64,000 bases of DNA from the human T2T-CHM13v2.0 reference genome, Homo sapiens: the NCBI RefSeq assembly GCF_009914755.1, contig NC_060929.1, one strand, 5' to 3'. A program made the translations under genes and the position numbers. Within the stretch, counting starts at the first letter, position 1; every line of letters begins with the position of its first letter. The notes below the pieces were generated by a model. It was not told where the DNA came from, searched no databases, and worked only from the letters and a program-made list of their open reading frames with translations. Positions 26,601 to 42,870 of the stretch are shown here, piece after piece.

Positions 26601-28179
26601 AAGACAACGATACCCAATTTTGTTCACCGTTATGCTGGAAGTCCTGAAGAGGACAATTAGGTAAGAGAAAGAATTAAAGACATCCAAATCAGAAGGCAAG
26701 AAGTCAAATTAGCTTTATTCACAGACATGATCCTATACTTAGGAAAACCTAAAAAACACCAAAAAACTGTTAGGACTGATAAACAAATTTGGCAAAGTTA
26801 CAGGATACAAAATCAACCTACACAAATCAGTAACATTTATATACAACAATAGCAAAAGAAAAATCAAAAAGAAATCAAGAAGCAATGTAATTTACAATAG
26901 CTAAAAAGAATATAAAAAATTTAGAAATAAATTTAACCAAAACGTGAAATTTCTATCCAAAGAAAATTTTAAAACATTGAATTTTAAAGTTGAAAAAGAA
27001 CCAAAAAAAAATGGAAAGACATTCCATGATCATGAACTGGAAGAATTAATACTGTTAAAATGACTATACTACCCAAAGCTATTAACAGGTTCAATTCAAT
27101 CCCTATCAAAATACCAATGACATTCCTCACACAAATAGAAAGAACGCTAAAATTTATAATACAGCCACAAAAGGCCCTGAAAGACTAAATCAACCTTGAG
27201 CAAAAAGAACAGATGGAGGCATCGTACTTCCTGACTTCAAAATATACTGCAAAGTTCTAGGAACCAAATCAGCATGGTCCTGGCATGAAAATAAACACAT
27301 AAGCCAATGGAACAGAATAGAGAACCCAGATATAAATCCATGAATTTACAGCCAAATCATCGTTTACAAAGGTACCAGGAATACACAATGGGAAAAGGAC
27401 AGTCTCTTCAATAAATGGTGCTGGGAAAACTGGATATCCAGATGCAGAAGACTAAAACTGGACCTCCATCTCTCATCATAAACAAAAATCATATCAAAAT
27501 GGATTAAAGACTTAAATGTAAGACCTGAAACTATGAAACTACTAGAAGAAAACTTAGGCGAAACACTCCAGAACATTGATCTGGGCAAAAATATTTTGTG
27601 TAGGACTTCAAAAGCATAGACAACCAAAGCAAAAATGGACAGATGAAATTAGATTAAACTTAAAAGCTTCTTCCCAGCAAAGAAAATAGTCAACAAAGTG
27701 AAGAGACAGCCCACAGAAAGGAAGAAAATATTTGAAGACTATCCATTTAAACAGGATTTAACAAGCAGAAGACATAAAGAGTTCAAACAATTCAGTGACA
27801 AATGATAATACTGATAATCCAATCAAAAAATGGGCAAAAGATCTGAATAAACATTTCTCAAAGAAGATATGCAAATGGCCAAAGGATATATGAGAAAATG
27901 CTCAACATCACTCATCATCAGGGAAATGTGAATCAAAACCACAATGTGGTATCATCTTACCCCAGTTAAAATGTCTTTTATCAAAAAGACAAGAAATAGA
28001 TGCTGGTGAGGATATGGAGAAAAATGAACTCTTATACTCTATTGGTGGGATTGTAAATTAGTACAGCCACTATGGAGAACAGTATGGAGGTTCCCAAAAA
28101 AATTAAAAATAGAACTACCATATGATCCAGCAATTCCACTAGTGTGTACATATCCCAAAGAAAGGAAATGAACGTATCA

Positions 28180-28653
<474 letters not shown>

Positions 28654-28893
28654 TTATTCTGCCATAAAAAATGATGAAATCATGTCATTTGCAGCAACAT
28701 GGATGCAACTGGAGGTCACTATGTTAAGTGAAATAAGGCAAGCAAAGAAAGACAAATATTGCATATTCTCACTCACCTGTGGTTGCTTTAAAAAGTGGAT
28801 CTCAGGAAGAGAGAGAGTAGAATAGTGGTTATCAGACCATTGGAAAGGTAGCAGGGAAGGAGAGATAAAGAGAGGTTAATTAATGAGTACAAA

Positions 28894-29060
28894 TGTGTCA
28901 ATGTAAGTTCATCAATTATAACAAATATACCACCCTGGTTAGGGATGTTGATAATGAGATGGCTAAGCATGTGTAGGAACTGGAAGTACATGGGAAATCT
29001 CTACACATTCCATTTGATTTTGCTGTAAACCTACAACTGTTCTAAAAAAAATCTGTATTG
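28894..29060 (+). mobile_element. L1MC1/2-like 3' end
   Basis: tgtcaatgtaagttcatcaattataacaaatataccac…gggatgttgataatg…gggaaatctct…ttttgctgtaaacctacaactgttctaaaa. Confidence 0.75.
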
Positions 29061-29294
29061 TAAAAAGATGTTAACAATAAAAATGTGTAAAAGTCTAGTA
29101 GACTGCTTTAAACACCACAATTTCATTGATTATAAATATGAGTAATCTCACTTAGAAGATAGTGAAGATAGTGACATGAAATATCCCCCATTATTACTTA
29201 TGGCATAATTATTAAACCTGCATACTAACATTGCATAATTTATGACACACCTTGAGGTAATCTGAAGACCTTAAAAACAGTGAATAACCTGTAA

Positions 29295-30640
29295 ATACCT
29301 TCATTTGAACAACTCCTCATGCCAGGCACTATTCTTGGTATTAGACATATCACAGACAAAAAATCTTTACTCTCATGGAATGAGGAGAGACAGACAATAA
29401 ACAAAGTGATTAATTGAAATGTATCCTCTATTAGAAGCTAGTAAGTGCTATGAATAGAAGCTAAACCAGAAAGACAACTACAGTGCCAGGGTAGAGGGTA
29501 TTGTTTAAAATAAGGTCTTCTGAGGAAGCCACTCCAAGGTGACATTTAAGCAAGAAACGCCAGCTGTGTCAATATGTGAGAGAAGAGCTTCCTAGGCAAA
29601 TGAAATAGCAAAAGCATAGACTTCAAGTTGATAATAATATAAAGAATATTTATAATATTTAAGAAATATAAAGAAGACTGACAAACAGCTGTGGCAAAAT
29701 AAATGAGTTACAAGGCAGTAGTAGATGAAACAAAAGAAAAAGTAATGGAGACATATATCAGATAGGGTTTGATTGACTACAGAAGACTTTGATTTCTACT
29801 CTGAAAAAGTTCATCATAACCACAGTTTTTTATTTTAAAAATGACATTATCTGACATTTTTAAAGATGTATCTGGAAACAATGGTGGGAATAGTCTATGG
29901 GAAGGAAAGGGCAGAAAAAGAGAAACCATTTGAGAAGGTATTATAATAATCCAGAAAAGAAAGAGACAGAGGTGCTTGGAGCAGGGTGAAAGAGTGGAGG
30001 TGATAGAAAGTAGACAGGTCTTAGATATTTTTAGAAAGCAGAGCCAATGGGATCTGCTAGCAAATTGGTAACGGGGTTCAAAGAAGGCTGTAAGAGTTCA
30101 AAGAAGCCAAGTATGACACCTAACATTTTTGACTTGAGTAACTGAAAGGATGAAGAAGATGGAGTTATATTAACTAAGAAAGGCACATCTACAGAAGAGA
30201 ACATTTTGTCAGGAAATCAGAAGTTTATTTTGGACTTATTAAATATCAAAGTCAATATGTCAACTAAACATTTGGTTAATCAGTCTGGATTTGAGGGGAG
30301 AGGTCTAGGTTGAATATATGCTTTTGGAGTCAGCAAATATGAAATCAGAATTTGGATGACATCACTAAGGGAGTAAATATAGATAGAGAAAAGAAACAAG
30401 AACTGATTCCTGAGATGGTCCAACATTTAGAGGTTAGATAGATAAGAAGCAACCAGCAAAAAATATCAAGAAGCAGCAGCCAATGTGACTGGAAGAAAAC
30501 CAGGAAAACTAAGTGAAGAAAGTGTTTCAGAGAGAAAGGAGGGATCATCTGTGTCAAATGCTGCTGATACAAAAAGTACTGAGAAGTGGCCATTGACTTT
30601 AGCATCATGTATATCACTGAAAACCCTGAAAACAGCACCT
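29295..30640 (-). mobile_element. L2a LINE fragment
   Basis: Reverse-strand L2 3' end (atgccaggcactattctt…ctctcatggaa…gagacagacaataaac…tgtgtcaaatgctgctga…tggccattgactttagca). Confidence 0.8.
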
Positions 30641-30787
30641 AAAACCTTCACCTCAGTTTAAATGTGTTCATTTTTCCTGCATCTAATATATTAGGAATCA
30701 TATATCAGTGAGGGAATCCATGGCAGAATAAAGGAAAGTCCTAGGTAGTAGGTGTGAATAAAAGTACATCTGACTTTCTTCTGGGTC

Positions 30788-31076
30788 AATATTTACCAAA
30801 CTGTACTCTGTGAAATCTCAGCTCCTCAGGATATTTATAGATTCTACATAATTCTTCAGTCAAGTTTGAAAAACAACAAGTTAAGCAAGAGTTAATGTGT
30901 TTTCTTTATTCACCAACTTCTCTGCATTAATACACTATAATATTCAGTGTGAATCTCCAAAACCAGGGATAACTAATAAACAGTGTTTTGCAAATTCATT
31001 TGGAAATAGAAACCTGTTTTATGCAAAACACCTAGTGGTAATAATGTTTTGTAAAAGCTACTTTGAGAAATGTTAC
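30788..31076. mobile_element. Possible hAT-Charlie MITE
   Basis: Ends resemble Charlie TIRs (caatatttaccaaactgt… / …ctttgagaaatgtt); interior highly degraded. Confidence 0.35.
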
Positions 31077-31299
31077 CCAAAGCCTCACAACTAATTCAAT
31101 TTCTTGCCAAAAAAGAAAATAATATTTAAGCTACTCTATGTAAACTGGATTTTGAATTATTTCAGTACTTTACTAAAATTTACCCTAGCTACCCTCCACC
31201 AATAATGTGTCAAGTACTTTAAATACAATACTCCTTCAGGAGCCTGAGGCTCCCAAGCAAGATTTATTTATGTATGTATGTATTTATTTATTTATTTAT

Positions 31300-31405
31300 G
31301 TTAGTTGTCTTTTTTTAAATTGACAAATGAAAATTTCATATACTTAACATGTTGAAATATGTATGCCTTGTGAGATGGCTAAATCAAGCTAATTCACATA
31401 TGCAT
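31300..31405 (-). mobile_element. L1MA7/8-like 3' terminus (inverted relative to adjacent L1)
   Basis: (tatt)n/T-rich tail then aattgacaaatgaaaatt…atggctaaatcaagctaatt, abutting + strand ORF2. Confidence 0.7.
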
Positions 31406-33902
31406 CAAAACAAGTCTTAAAGAATTTAAGAGGACTGAAATCATGTCAGGTATCTTTTATGATCACAATGGTATGAAACTATAAATCAATAACAGAAGAA
31501 ATCTTGGGAAATTCACAATATGCCAGATTAAACAACATGCTCCTAAACAGCCAATGGTCACAGAAGAAATCAAAAGGAAATAAAAACTTTATGACAAACA
31601 CAGAACCACAACATACTAAAACTGATAGGATCCAGTGAAAGCAGGCCTCAGAGGGAAACTTACAGCAATAAACATCTACATCAAAAAGATCTCAAATAAG
31701 CAGCCTAATTCATACCTCAAGAAACTAGAGAAAGAAGAACAGACTAAGCCCAAAGTTAGCAGAAGGAAGAATATAGCAAAGATCACAGAAGAAAAAAATG
31801 AAATAGACTATGAAAACAATTTTAAAATTCAATAAAACTATGAAGTTTTTTAAAGTAAATAAAATTGACATATAGTTAGCTAGACTAAGAAAAAAAAGAC
31901 TCAAATAAATAAAATCAGAAATGAAAGTGGAAACGTTACACCTCACACCACAGAAATACATAGAATAATAATAAACAATTATGAAAAATTATGCAACACA
32001 AAATTGTATAATCTAGAAGAAATGGATAAATTCCTGCACACATATAACCTACCAAGACTGAATCATGAAACAAAACCAGAACAGATCAATGATGAGTAAG
32101 AATATTGAATGAATAATGAAAAGTCTCCCTTCAAAGAGCCCGGGACTGGATAGCATCATAGCTGAATTCTACCAAACATTTAAAAAAGGACAAATCCCAA
32201 TCCTTCTCAAACTCTTCCAAAAAAAATTAAGGAAGAGGGAATACTTTTAAACTCCTTTTACAAAGCAAGGATTATCCTGATAACAAAGCCAGATAAGAAT
32301 AGTACAAAAAAAGACAATTACAGGTCAATATCCCCAATGAACATTGACATAAAATCCTTAGCAACATACCAGCAAACTGAATTCAACAATATATTAAAAG
32401 AATCATTCACCATGAATAAGTGAGATTTATTCCTGGGATGCAAGAATGGTTCAATATACACAAATTAATAAATATGATTCATCACATTACCAAAATGAAG
32501 GATAAAAACCATGTGATCATATCTATAGATGCAGAGAAAGCATCTGAAAAATTCAACACCCTTTCATGATACACACTCTCAACAGAAGAGTTATAGAGGA
32601 AATGTACCTCAACACAGTAAAAGCCATATATGACAAACCCATAGCTAACACCATACTCAATGACGAAAAATCTAAAACTTTTCCTCTAAAATCAGGGACA
32701 AGACAAAGATGTCCACCTTCACCACTTCTTTTCAACATAATTTTGGAAGTTCTAGACAAAGCAATTAGGCAGAGAAAGAAATAAAAGTCATCCTAATAAG
32801 AAAGTAGGAAGTGATATTGTCTCTGTTTGCTGGTGACTTGTTCTTATATAAAAAAAAATCCTAAAGGTTTCACAAAAAAAACTGTTACAACTGATAAAAA
32901 AAAAATAAACTGATCAAAGTTGCAGGATATAAAATCAACAAACAAAAATCAGTAGCATTTCTATACACTAATAAAAAGATTACTAAAAAGTAAGTTAAAA
33001 ACAATCCCATTTACAATAGCAATAAAAAATAAAATACTTAGGTATAAATTTAACTAAGGAGGTACAAGACATGTATATTGAAAACCATAAAACATTAATG
33101 AAAGAAACTGAAGAAAACAAAAATAAGTGCAAATATATCCCATGTTCATGGATTGGAAGAATTAATTTTGTTAAAATGTCCAGACTACCCAAAGTGACCT
33201 ACAGAATCAATGCAATCTCTATCAAAATCCAATATCATTTTGCACAGAAACAGAAAAAATAATCCATAAATTCATATGGAATCACAAAAGACCTTGATAG
33301 ACAAAACAATCTTGAACAAAAAGAATAAAGCTGGAGGCATCACACTACCTGACTTCAAAATATATTACAAAACAGTTGTAATCAAAATAGCATGGTGCTG
33401 GCATAAAAACAGACATGTGGACCAATGGGACACAACAGAGAACCTAGATATAAACACATAAATATATAGTCAATTGATTTTTTACCAAGACGACAAGATC
33501 ATAGGAAACCAAGGGGTTAATCTGATCAGGTCTGCCAAACAGCCTGCCCTGCTTGCTTTTGGTCACTTTTTTTTTTTTTTTTTTTTTTTTGTCATTTTAT
33601 TTTTCCATGAAGCTGAAGGCCACAGTAGCTAAAGGTCACATTGCTGAATACTGAAACTTAACTTTCACTGGCTACCTTATAGATAACATTTATAAGTCAC
33701 CATGGTAATAGCTGCTTCAGTTGTTTTTCAGGAACTTGGGGTAGCTCCTGTCCAGTTCAAACTGGTTGATACTGGTGATCCTTCAACTGTGCCCATGCAA
33801 GTGCCCAAGAGGTAACTTTTTGACATCTGAGAGCCAAAAACTCCACCCTCAGATCATGCTAACACTGCTATTTTCTGTACATATGTCCTGTGAAATGCCA
33901 TG

Positions 33903-34482
<580 letters not shown>

Positions 34483-35113
34483 CCATGAATCCTGACTACA
34501 CTAAAAAGGTTCTAAGATGACAGTTGTCGCTATTTTCTGTTTTATCTCCATGCTGACACTTGAAAGAAGGTACTAGAATCCCTCTAGCCAGATTGCTCAG
34601 TTTCTTGTTGGTAATCAAACAGCAGCTGTACCAAAGGAAAGCAAAGCTAGGACCTAAATCAGAATCATAGTTGCCACATATATGGTAACAATATTGTGTG
34701 AATTTGCTTTCTCAGTGATGAGTTGGGGGATGAGGAGAAATTATTTGACTGGCATTTTTCTGTAGTTGAATAGAAGACACCTTTTTTGCCTTTAGGTTTA
34801 GGAGAAACTACTAGGATACTGGATGTTTATCCTATCTTAGTTTGATTTGGAGTAATAAGAGAGGAGAAGAGGATGGACTTTGGCTTTTTCAGTAGTTTTT
34901 CCCCTAACGGGTGACATTGCCGATGTTTCTATCAATTTTACACATAATATGTGTCTATGAAACTATGTATCTCACTTAACTAACTAAAAATCATAGTCTA
35001 TTATTTAAAGCCAACAAAATAGTTTTAAGCTCAATAATGTTCAGTATTGTATAGAATTATATTGGAGGCAAAGTTCAGTTGATGACAATTGTGTATATGT
35101 TACTGATGCTCTA

Positions 35114-35647
<534 letters not shown>

Positions 35648-36647
35648 TCATCATCACAAATCATTAGGGAAATACAAATCAAAACCACCACAATGATATA
35701 TCATATCACCTTACCTGTTAGAATGGCTTTTATCAAAAAGAAGAAAGACAACAAGTGTTGGAGAGTATGAGGAGAAAAGGGAATGCTTTTATACTGTTAG
35801 TGAGAATGTAAATTAGTACAGCCATTATGGAAAATGGTATGAAGTTTCCTCAAAAAAACTAAAATAGAACTATCATGTGATTCAGCAGTCCCCTTTCTGG
35901 GAATATATCCAAAGGAATTGAAATCAGTATTTCAAAGGGATATTTACACTCACATATTCATTACAGCATTATTTACAATAGCCAAAATATGGAATAAACC
36001 TAAGTGTTCATCAAAGGATGAATATATAAAGAAAATGTGGTATATACAGACAATGAAATACTATTCAGCTTTAAAAAAGAATGAAATTCTGTCATTTGGA
36101 ACGACATGGTAGACTCTGGTGCACATTATCATGAGTGACATAAGCCAGGCACAGAAAGACAAATACCACATGATCTCACTTACATGTAGAATCTTTTAAA
36201 AGTGAATTTACAGAAATAGAGAGGAGAATGACAGTTACAGGGGTGGGCAGGGAGGACAGGGAGTGAAGTTGCTGGTCAAAGGGTACAAAGTTTCAGCTAG
36301 ACAAGAGGAGTAAGTTTTAACAATTATTGCACAGCAGCATGACTATAGTCCACAATAATGTGTTATACATTTCAAAATAACTGAGAGTAAATTTGAAACA
36401 TATCACCATAAAAATGTTAAGTGAGTGAGGTGAGGGTTATGTTAATTAGCTTGATTTAATCATTCCACATTTTATACATATATCACATTTTATACATACA
36501 TCACATTGTACTCCATAGACTATATTAGTCAATTAAAATATTAATTTTTAAATTAAAATTTTTCTAAAAAAATATGCATAACAATTTATAGTCAAAAATA
36601 TATGCATAACTTCATATAATTATTTTTGTGTTGAGAACACAAAAGAT

Positions 36648-39600
36648 GAGGAGACTGATTTGAGTAATAATAAAACTCCAGTTTCCCACACAGCCAGCTC
36701 TGCATGAATTACTCTTGCTCTATTGCAATTCCCCTGCCTTGATAAATCGGCTCAGTCTTCTCTCCAGTGATGGATCCAGAGGCCAGCCCAAGTGGCTGCC
36801 TAGTTCTCTTAGACTGGGGGCTGACTCTGGTACTGTCTCTATGGGCTGGGCACTGCTGACCTAATGTGCATGGATTTAACCGAAAAACAGAAATAGTCCT
36901 GGGGAGATGTGCATAACTGTAGCCCTATCAATCACAGGATGTCTGTAGCCCCATGGTGGGGTGCCTGTCTGTAGCCCCAGTGCAAGGTGTCTGTCTTGAC
37001 TCAGCTCCTTCGGAGGTTGAAGTTGGCTCTCCTTAATTAGTAGGAAGAGTCTTGGTTTGGGAGACTTCTCAATCAGGAAGATTTCGAGGAGGTTTCCCAG
37101 ATGGAGAATAGGAGGATAATTTGGAAGGGAAACCTCTGGAATTCTTGGTAAGGAATATTGATTTGGAAGGCCTTCTGTCTGTCCTGTCTTTGTATGTGTG
37201 TTTGTAGATGTAGAGGGGCTCTCTGAAGGAGTTACCGACAGAAGTTCAGCAGGCCCAACTCAGAGAACCCTTATCTATCTGGTCACATTCAGTGAGTCCT
37301 GAAAGAAGTTTAACAGGCCTGATTTGGGGTGACCACTCTTCATCTTGCCCAGAGACCACCCATTGAATTCCTGGTCAGAGGCCACCCCTCCCTGCTTTGA
37401 GTGAATGAAAGACAACAGGGACCAACAAAAAAAAGTTTGAGCCTTGCCAGGTCAATGTTGGGTGCTGAACAAGGTGACTACTGTCGGCTTTGTTATGTGT
37501 ATTTTGCTTTGGCTGGGATGGAAAATGTTAATTCAGGTCCTCATGCAACCCATTGGGCAGCATCTTGCAAAATTGAGAATCTTTTGCCTGTGGTTCCCTA
37601 AAACAGGAAAGGGTGATTTTCTTCTGTAAAGTGGCTTGTACCCCACAGCTATGGTACAGTGGGCACTGTCATCAAAAACCACTCCATTCTTCTGGAAGCT
37701 GCAGAGAAAGAGAACCCAGGAACCTGGTATGCTGGCAAAAAGGGTAAGAAATTCTTACTAGCTATGTTCTTGGTCTCTCTCTCTCTGTCTTTCTGTGTGT
37801 GTATGTGTATATAAATGGTAAATGTCACTGTTTGTCTCCTCTGCAAGCATTTAGTAGAAAAAAAAGGTTTTGTGAGACTAGACTTAGGCTGTAGCAAATC
37901 TGGTGCACTTTGTACTAAGAATTTATCTTTCTGTAATGGAGAGAGGGGCATCACAGGATAGAACATGGGTTTAGGACCTCTAGAAGCCTACTTTTCAAGC
38001 CAGACTGGCATGCTGGTTACTTACAAACTTTGCTGTGGGTCCCTGAAACCAATACTGGATGAAATTTCTCTGTCTTGTTTTGTGTCCTTAAGAGTTTCAC
38101 GTTATAACCAGGTGGGGACACTTTCTCCTGGTTTCTGCCATCCAGAAGACAGGAATTTGGGGGTTAATGTCATAGTTAGCCCTATAAATTATCATAAGCA
38201 GTTAAAAGCCTTTTGCAAGCTTGAAATTGGCTGCTCTAAACTTCTTCTGGGAGAGCAACAGAAACTGCTGAATGCTGTGTAGCTAAATAACTAAGGTTTT
38301 TGTCTTTTTGACAATGGCAGCCTGGGTTCAATTCTTGACTTAGGGAGTGAGCCCTTTCTGGTTTGTTGTCTGTGTAATTTTTTTTGCCATTGATTAATTC
38401 TTTTCCCCCATGGACCGCTTCTGATTTCCTGTCTTTATTTTTCCTTTCTCTGAATTAACTTTGGGTAGATTCTAATTCTTGTAACAAGGAAACCGCTTAC
38501 CATTGCTTTGAGACAGCTTATCCATCCATGGTTAAGTCATAACCTTAGTTAAAACTTACTAATTTCAGGTGGGAAGTAGCCTGTGGTAGAATTCAAAAGC
38601 CAGAAACATTGTCTGTCCTAGCTGGAGTCTCATAATAAGAGATTTTAGAAGATTTTTTTTTTTAAAAAAAGAGCTCTATGGTTAAAACCCACTTAATTAA
38701 AAATGGATATCCAAGCTATGTGTATTTAAAAGGTCTTTATCTTTTTCCTCTTCTTGAACTGTGCTTTTCTAAAAAAAAATTTCTTTTCAGTTGACTGAAT
38801 TGTTTTTCTCCATTTTATCTTCTTGCCACTGCTGATGCCCATGTGAGAGAACCTAAGATAATTACTAATAACCCGGGACTCCTGGGGAAAAACAGAGGAG
38901 GCACCACAGAGCCCATTCTTGGAAAAACCTCTGTTTTCCTCATGAAACTCCAGGGGCAAAAATGAAGGTTTAAACAAGTTGAAAATGTTTTGTGAAGGGT
39001 TGGTCTTGTAAAGAAAGTTCTGTGGGTAGAAGCAATTGGCTAAGGCTTGAAGGGGATTATTTAATTTATTTCAATAGGTTGAACATTAAAATAAAAGCAC
39101 ACTAATGCAGGGCCAGAATCTGGGCCCATGTGTCTGAATCACAGGGTTTTCTTAGAAAACTGATCTGCTATTTAACAGAAAATTGTAAGTTCTAAAAAGT
39201 TGATGAAAATCTTACCTTATGGTCAAACTAATTAAAATTGGATAGATTTATAAAATTTTATTTAAAAACTAGCTATAGCATTAAAGATGCACTAATGGAA
39301 ACATGAAATCTGGTTTTTTCTTTTGAAAAAAATTTTTATGTCATATTGAGACAATGGAAGATTTTTGTTTGCCTTTTGAGTAAACTACAAAAAGTGGGGA
39401 GGGAGAGAAGAGACAGATTCAGCTGGCCTCATGCTATCTTCCTTGGGTCTTGTTATTTGGAAAGCAAAGTCTCCTTTATCAAGGTAAAGGCTCTGCTTTT
39501 CCAAATTTTTGGACTTACCATTTTGGCCAAATGAATGATGTATGATGATCTGGGATTCTATTTTATGACTTCTAGTGTTTTAAACCTTTGGTATTTGACA

Positions 39601-41868
39601 AACATCCCAAAATCAAATTATAAATTATGTCTCTTTCTAACCTAATCTTTTAGATATTAGGCTCTCTACAGTCCAAAAGTGACATCTGGCTTATGTGGCA
39701 TAAAAATCATACAGGAAGCATTGTCAAATATGAAATGGTGTTTCACTTTCTTTGGGCTATATTTGTGTAAATATGTTATTGGTATATGTTCCAAAATTAT
39801 GTGAAACTCATAATTGTTATATGACTTACTGTATGTTACCAGTAATAATTGTTATGTTAAATTATTATATGCCACAGAGGTAAGAAATTTCATTGTCAAT
39901 TGTGTCTTTAACTGTGGCTGCCCTTTTTGTCATCCACAGAAAACTGTTGTCTTGTTTTGATCCTCTTTAAATGATGGTTTTAAAATCAGCTATGAAATTC
40001 TAACAGTTATTCTTAAATGCAAGTTTCTGATTGATAACTTGGGAGATTGTGACACTAGAATAGAGGAAAAATGTTCAAATAGAATACTGAAGTAATCTTT
40101 TTTGACTTTTCACTTAAATTTTTGCTAATCCTTTTTTGTTTTTCAGAGCCAAGAAAACTTTTCTTTTGAGCTATTTACAGCTTTTAACAATTGAGTATAC
40201 TCCTGTGAAAAATTTTAAAGCATATTTGTCTCTCTCTACCTGCTTTCTCCAGAATTTGGAATCTATTTGTGAGTATTCTTAACTTATGGCAATATAGTTA
40301 TTTGCATAAGTGCAATAAGAATGTTTTCTTTTGGGACAGGAAATAATTGGAGAAACTGGTTATTTTACCAAGGCTTTGACAGGAGTGGTGTGCTTTCCTT
40401 TAAGGAATCAAACTTGACTCATACAGCCAATAAAAGACCCTTGGGAAAACTGGCCTTATAACTTGTCTACACAGTCCCTGAACAAGGTTCTTGACCAGTG
40501 GTAAGTACAGAATGTCACTTTCTAACAGCCCCAGGAGCCCCAGGTTTTCTTGGGACCTCAAGAGGAGAGGAATTTACCAAATTCATAGGTATTTGATGGT
40601 ACAAAACCATGGCTGGGCTCAGCTGCAAAAAAATGTCTTATCTGAGATTCCTTATGACAGAGTTCCATCAAAGCCAACTTTAAATGCCTATGTAAAAAAT
40701 AATTATTCTTGTTATGCTTTATGCAAATAATCCAGCCAAGTAAATATATTTTGCAAACAAATCAGTCCTATCTTGATTTGTTTTTAATAAAAATGGGGAC
40801 TGGAGAAAAATTATGTTTCAAAAAATAAAACTACAATACACCTGTTGTTAGCTGTTCTTGGGTTTTTTTCTCCAGTTTGGACTAAATCCTAAACTCTTTG
40901 TAAGCTACAAGTCCCCAAGTTGATGCTTTCAAATCTTTACTTTTAAAACCAGGAATTGCACTCCTTACCATAGTACTCATTATTTACCCTATAGTATGTG
41001 GTTCCCTTAAATGCTGTGCTAAGATGACACTACTAACGCCTTTGCCATGAAAGCCTTGGAACCCCACCCAGGTCTGCATGAGTGGGCTCAGACAGTTGCA
41101 AAGCAGTTCCAATCCTCTCACCTTGGAGTCAACACCTACCCCCACTATGCCCCTGGTCAGCAGGAAGAAGTTAGTTAGAAGTTCTTCAACTTCATTAGCC
41201 AACACCTTAAGGTTAAGGTGTTATAAAACCCAAAGGGACGGATTTGAAACTGCCATTGCAAAACAGTAACTGAGACAATGAAAGAGATCTGACCTAACCA
41301 ACTCCATCTTGCTTCTAACCTCCAAGCTGCCCTTGTTCACTCCTGGGCATAGGCCGAACTAACTTTGTGAGGAACTTAGTTTATAATTTAAACAGAGATG
41401 ATAACAGCCCTTTCCCCTAAACAAACCCCCATCTTGCCTGGGGACTAGGCTGACATTGTAGGACTAACAAATTAGCCACAAGATTAGAAGTTATGGTTTA
41501 AGAGTCAAGCAGCTGGAGGCTACAAGACTCTGACCCTATTCAAATTGCTCCTGGGAATAAAATCACTATTGTAAAACCTAAAACCAGTGCTTGAGATAAT
41601 TTGCAGACCCTGCACTTGATGGATTAGCTGGCAACACCCACATCGATAAACTGGCTCATCTGACCTTGTGGTACCCCCACCCAGGAACTGACTCAGTGCA
41701 AGAAGGCAACTTTGACTCCTTATGATTTCATCTCTGACTTGACCAGTCAGCACTCCTAGCTCACTGGTTTCCCTTAACCCACCAAGCTGTCCTTAAAAAC
41801 TCTGATCCCTGAATGCTCAGGGAGACTGATTTGAGTAATAATAAAATTCTGGTCTCCTGCAAAAAAAA
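36648..41868 (+). mobile_element. LTR8/HUERS-P1 (ERV1) non-coding element in transcript form (R-U5-internal-U3-R-polyA)
   Basis: Starts in the LTR8 R region (gaggagactgatttgagtaataataaaactcc). MER4-group internal sequence without gag/pol/env ORFs, purine tract at ~41231-41242, 3' LTR from TGAAAC at 41245 to 41860, then A8. AAAAGAT flanks at 36641-36647 and 41877-41883. Confidence 0.88.
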
Positions 41869-42559
41869 TTCTAAAGAAAAGATTTTAAATCTAAATCAAA
41901 TTTACTTTTTATTTGGACATCAGACTTACTGGTAAAGTAGCTGAAGAATATAGTTCACTTTAGATATGAAGTTAGATACCACAAACTTGAATTTAGATAT
42001 CAGTGTTATGTTTTAAATTTAAGTGTGTGGTTTTTTGCTTTATATTTTTTAAAGACTGATAGGTTACTTTTGTCTGGTCAGGTTTCTGAACCCTTGATCA
42101 CTCTCAGTATACTTGGGGAGCTCATACCTTAATGCCAAGTCACTTTTATTAAAATCCAGACCTATACGGGCTAGTTTTAAAAAGGGAGAGACCAATGAAT
42201 AACTCTCTGGAATAACCTGATAAAAGAGCATATGCAACATGTCATGCTACTACTTTCACCCACCAACACTTGCTGAGGTAAGTGCTTTTACTTCCCAAAA
42301 GAGAGGATGAGAAACTCAGTTTCCTGGGAATCCACAGGCCATAGGAACAACTCTAACTGCAATTCCCCATCATTTGCTTGCACTGAATCCTACCTGGCAC
42401 CACATTGGTAAAAGAAAAAAGATAAGAAAGGCAGCAAAACTTACCAAAGAACAATTATTCAAAAAAAACTTCTCATAGTAGAGATTAAAATTTTGGTATA
42501 GCATTTCCTCAATAATTAAAATAAGAAGAAAGGAAGGTCACAAAGGGAAATTGTTTCAA

Positions 42560-42870
42560 TGTAGGAAAAAGATAGTGAGAAAAGAGTGAATGACAAAAAT
42601 ATATGTAATATGCTCCATTTGTGTAATAAAGGGAAAAGTAAGCATCATTATTCACATTTGTTTATGTTCACTTATAAAGAAATCCTGGAAAGAAACCTAA
42701 AACACTGAAAAAAAAAAAAAAAAAAAAAAGTTACCTGGACGCACAGGAACTGAGCAAAAGGGGCCAAGCATTAAAAAGAGACTTTTTTTTTCCAACTCCA
42801 TAATTAAATTTTTTTTGGATTTGGAACCACATGGATATATAATTTATATGAGAAAGTTAAATACAATGAA
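42560..42870 (+). mobile_element. L1ME4-like 3' fragment
   Basis: atatgctccatttgtgtaa…ctggaaagaaac…gttacct…gagactttt…gaaccacatggatatata. Confidence 0.5.

Noticed and set aside
36770-41240. gag/pol/env coding capacity in the ERV internal region
   Set aside because: Only short ORFs (<=105 aa) with no retroviral motifs; consistent with a non-autonomous MER4-group internal sequence.
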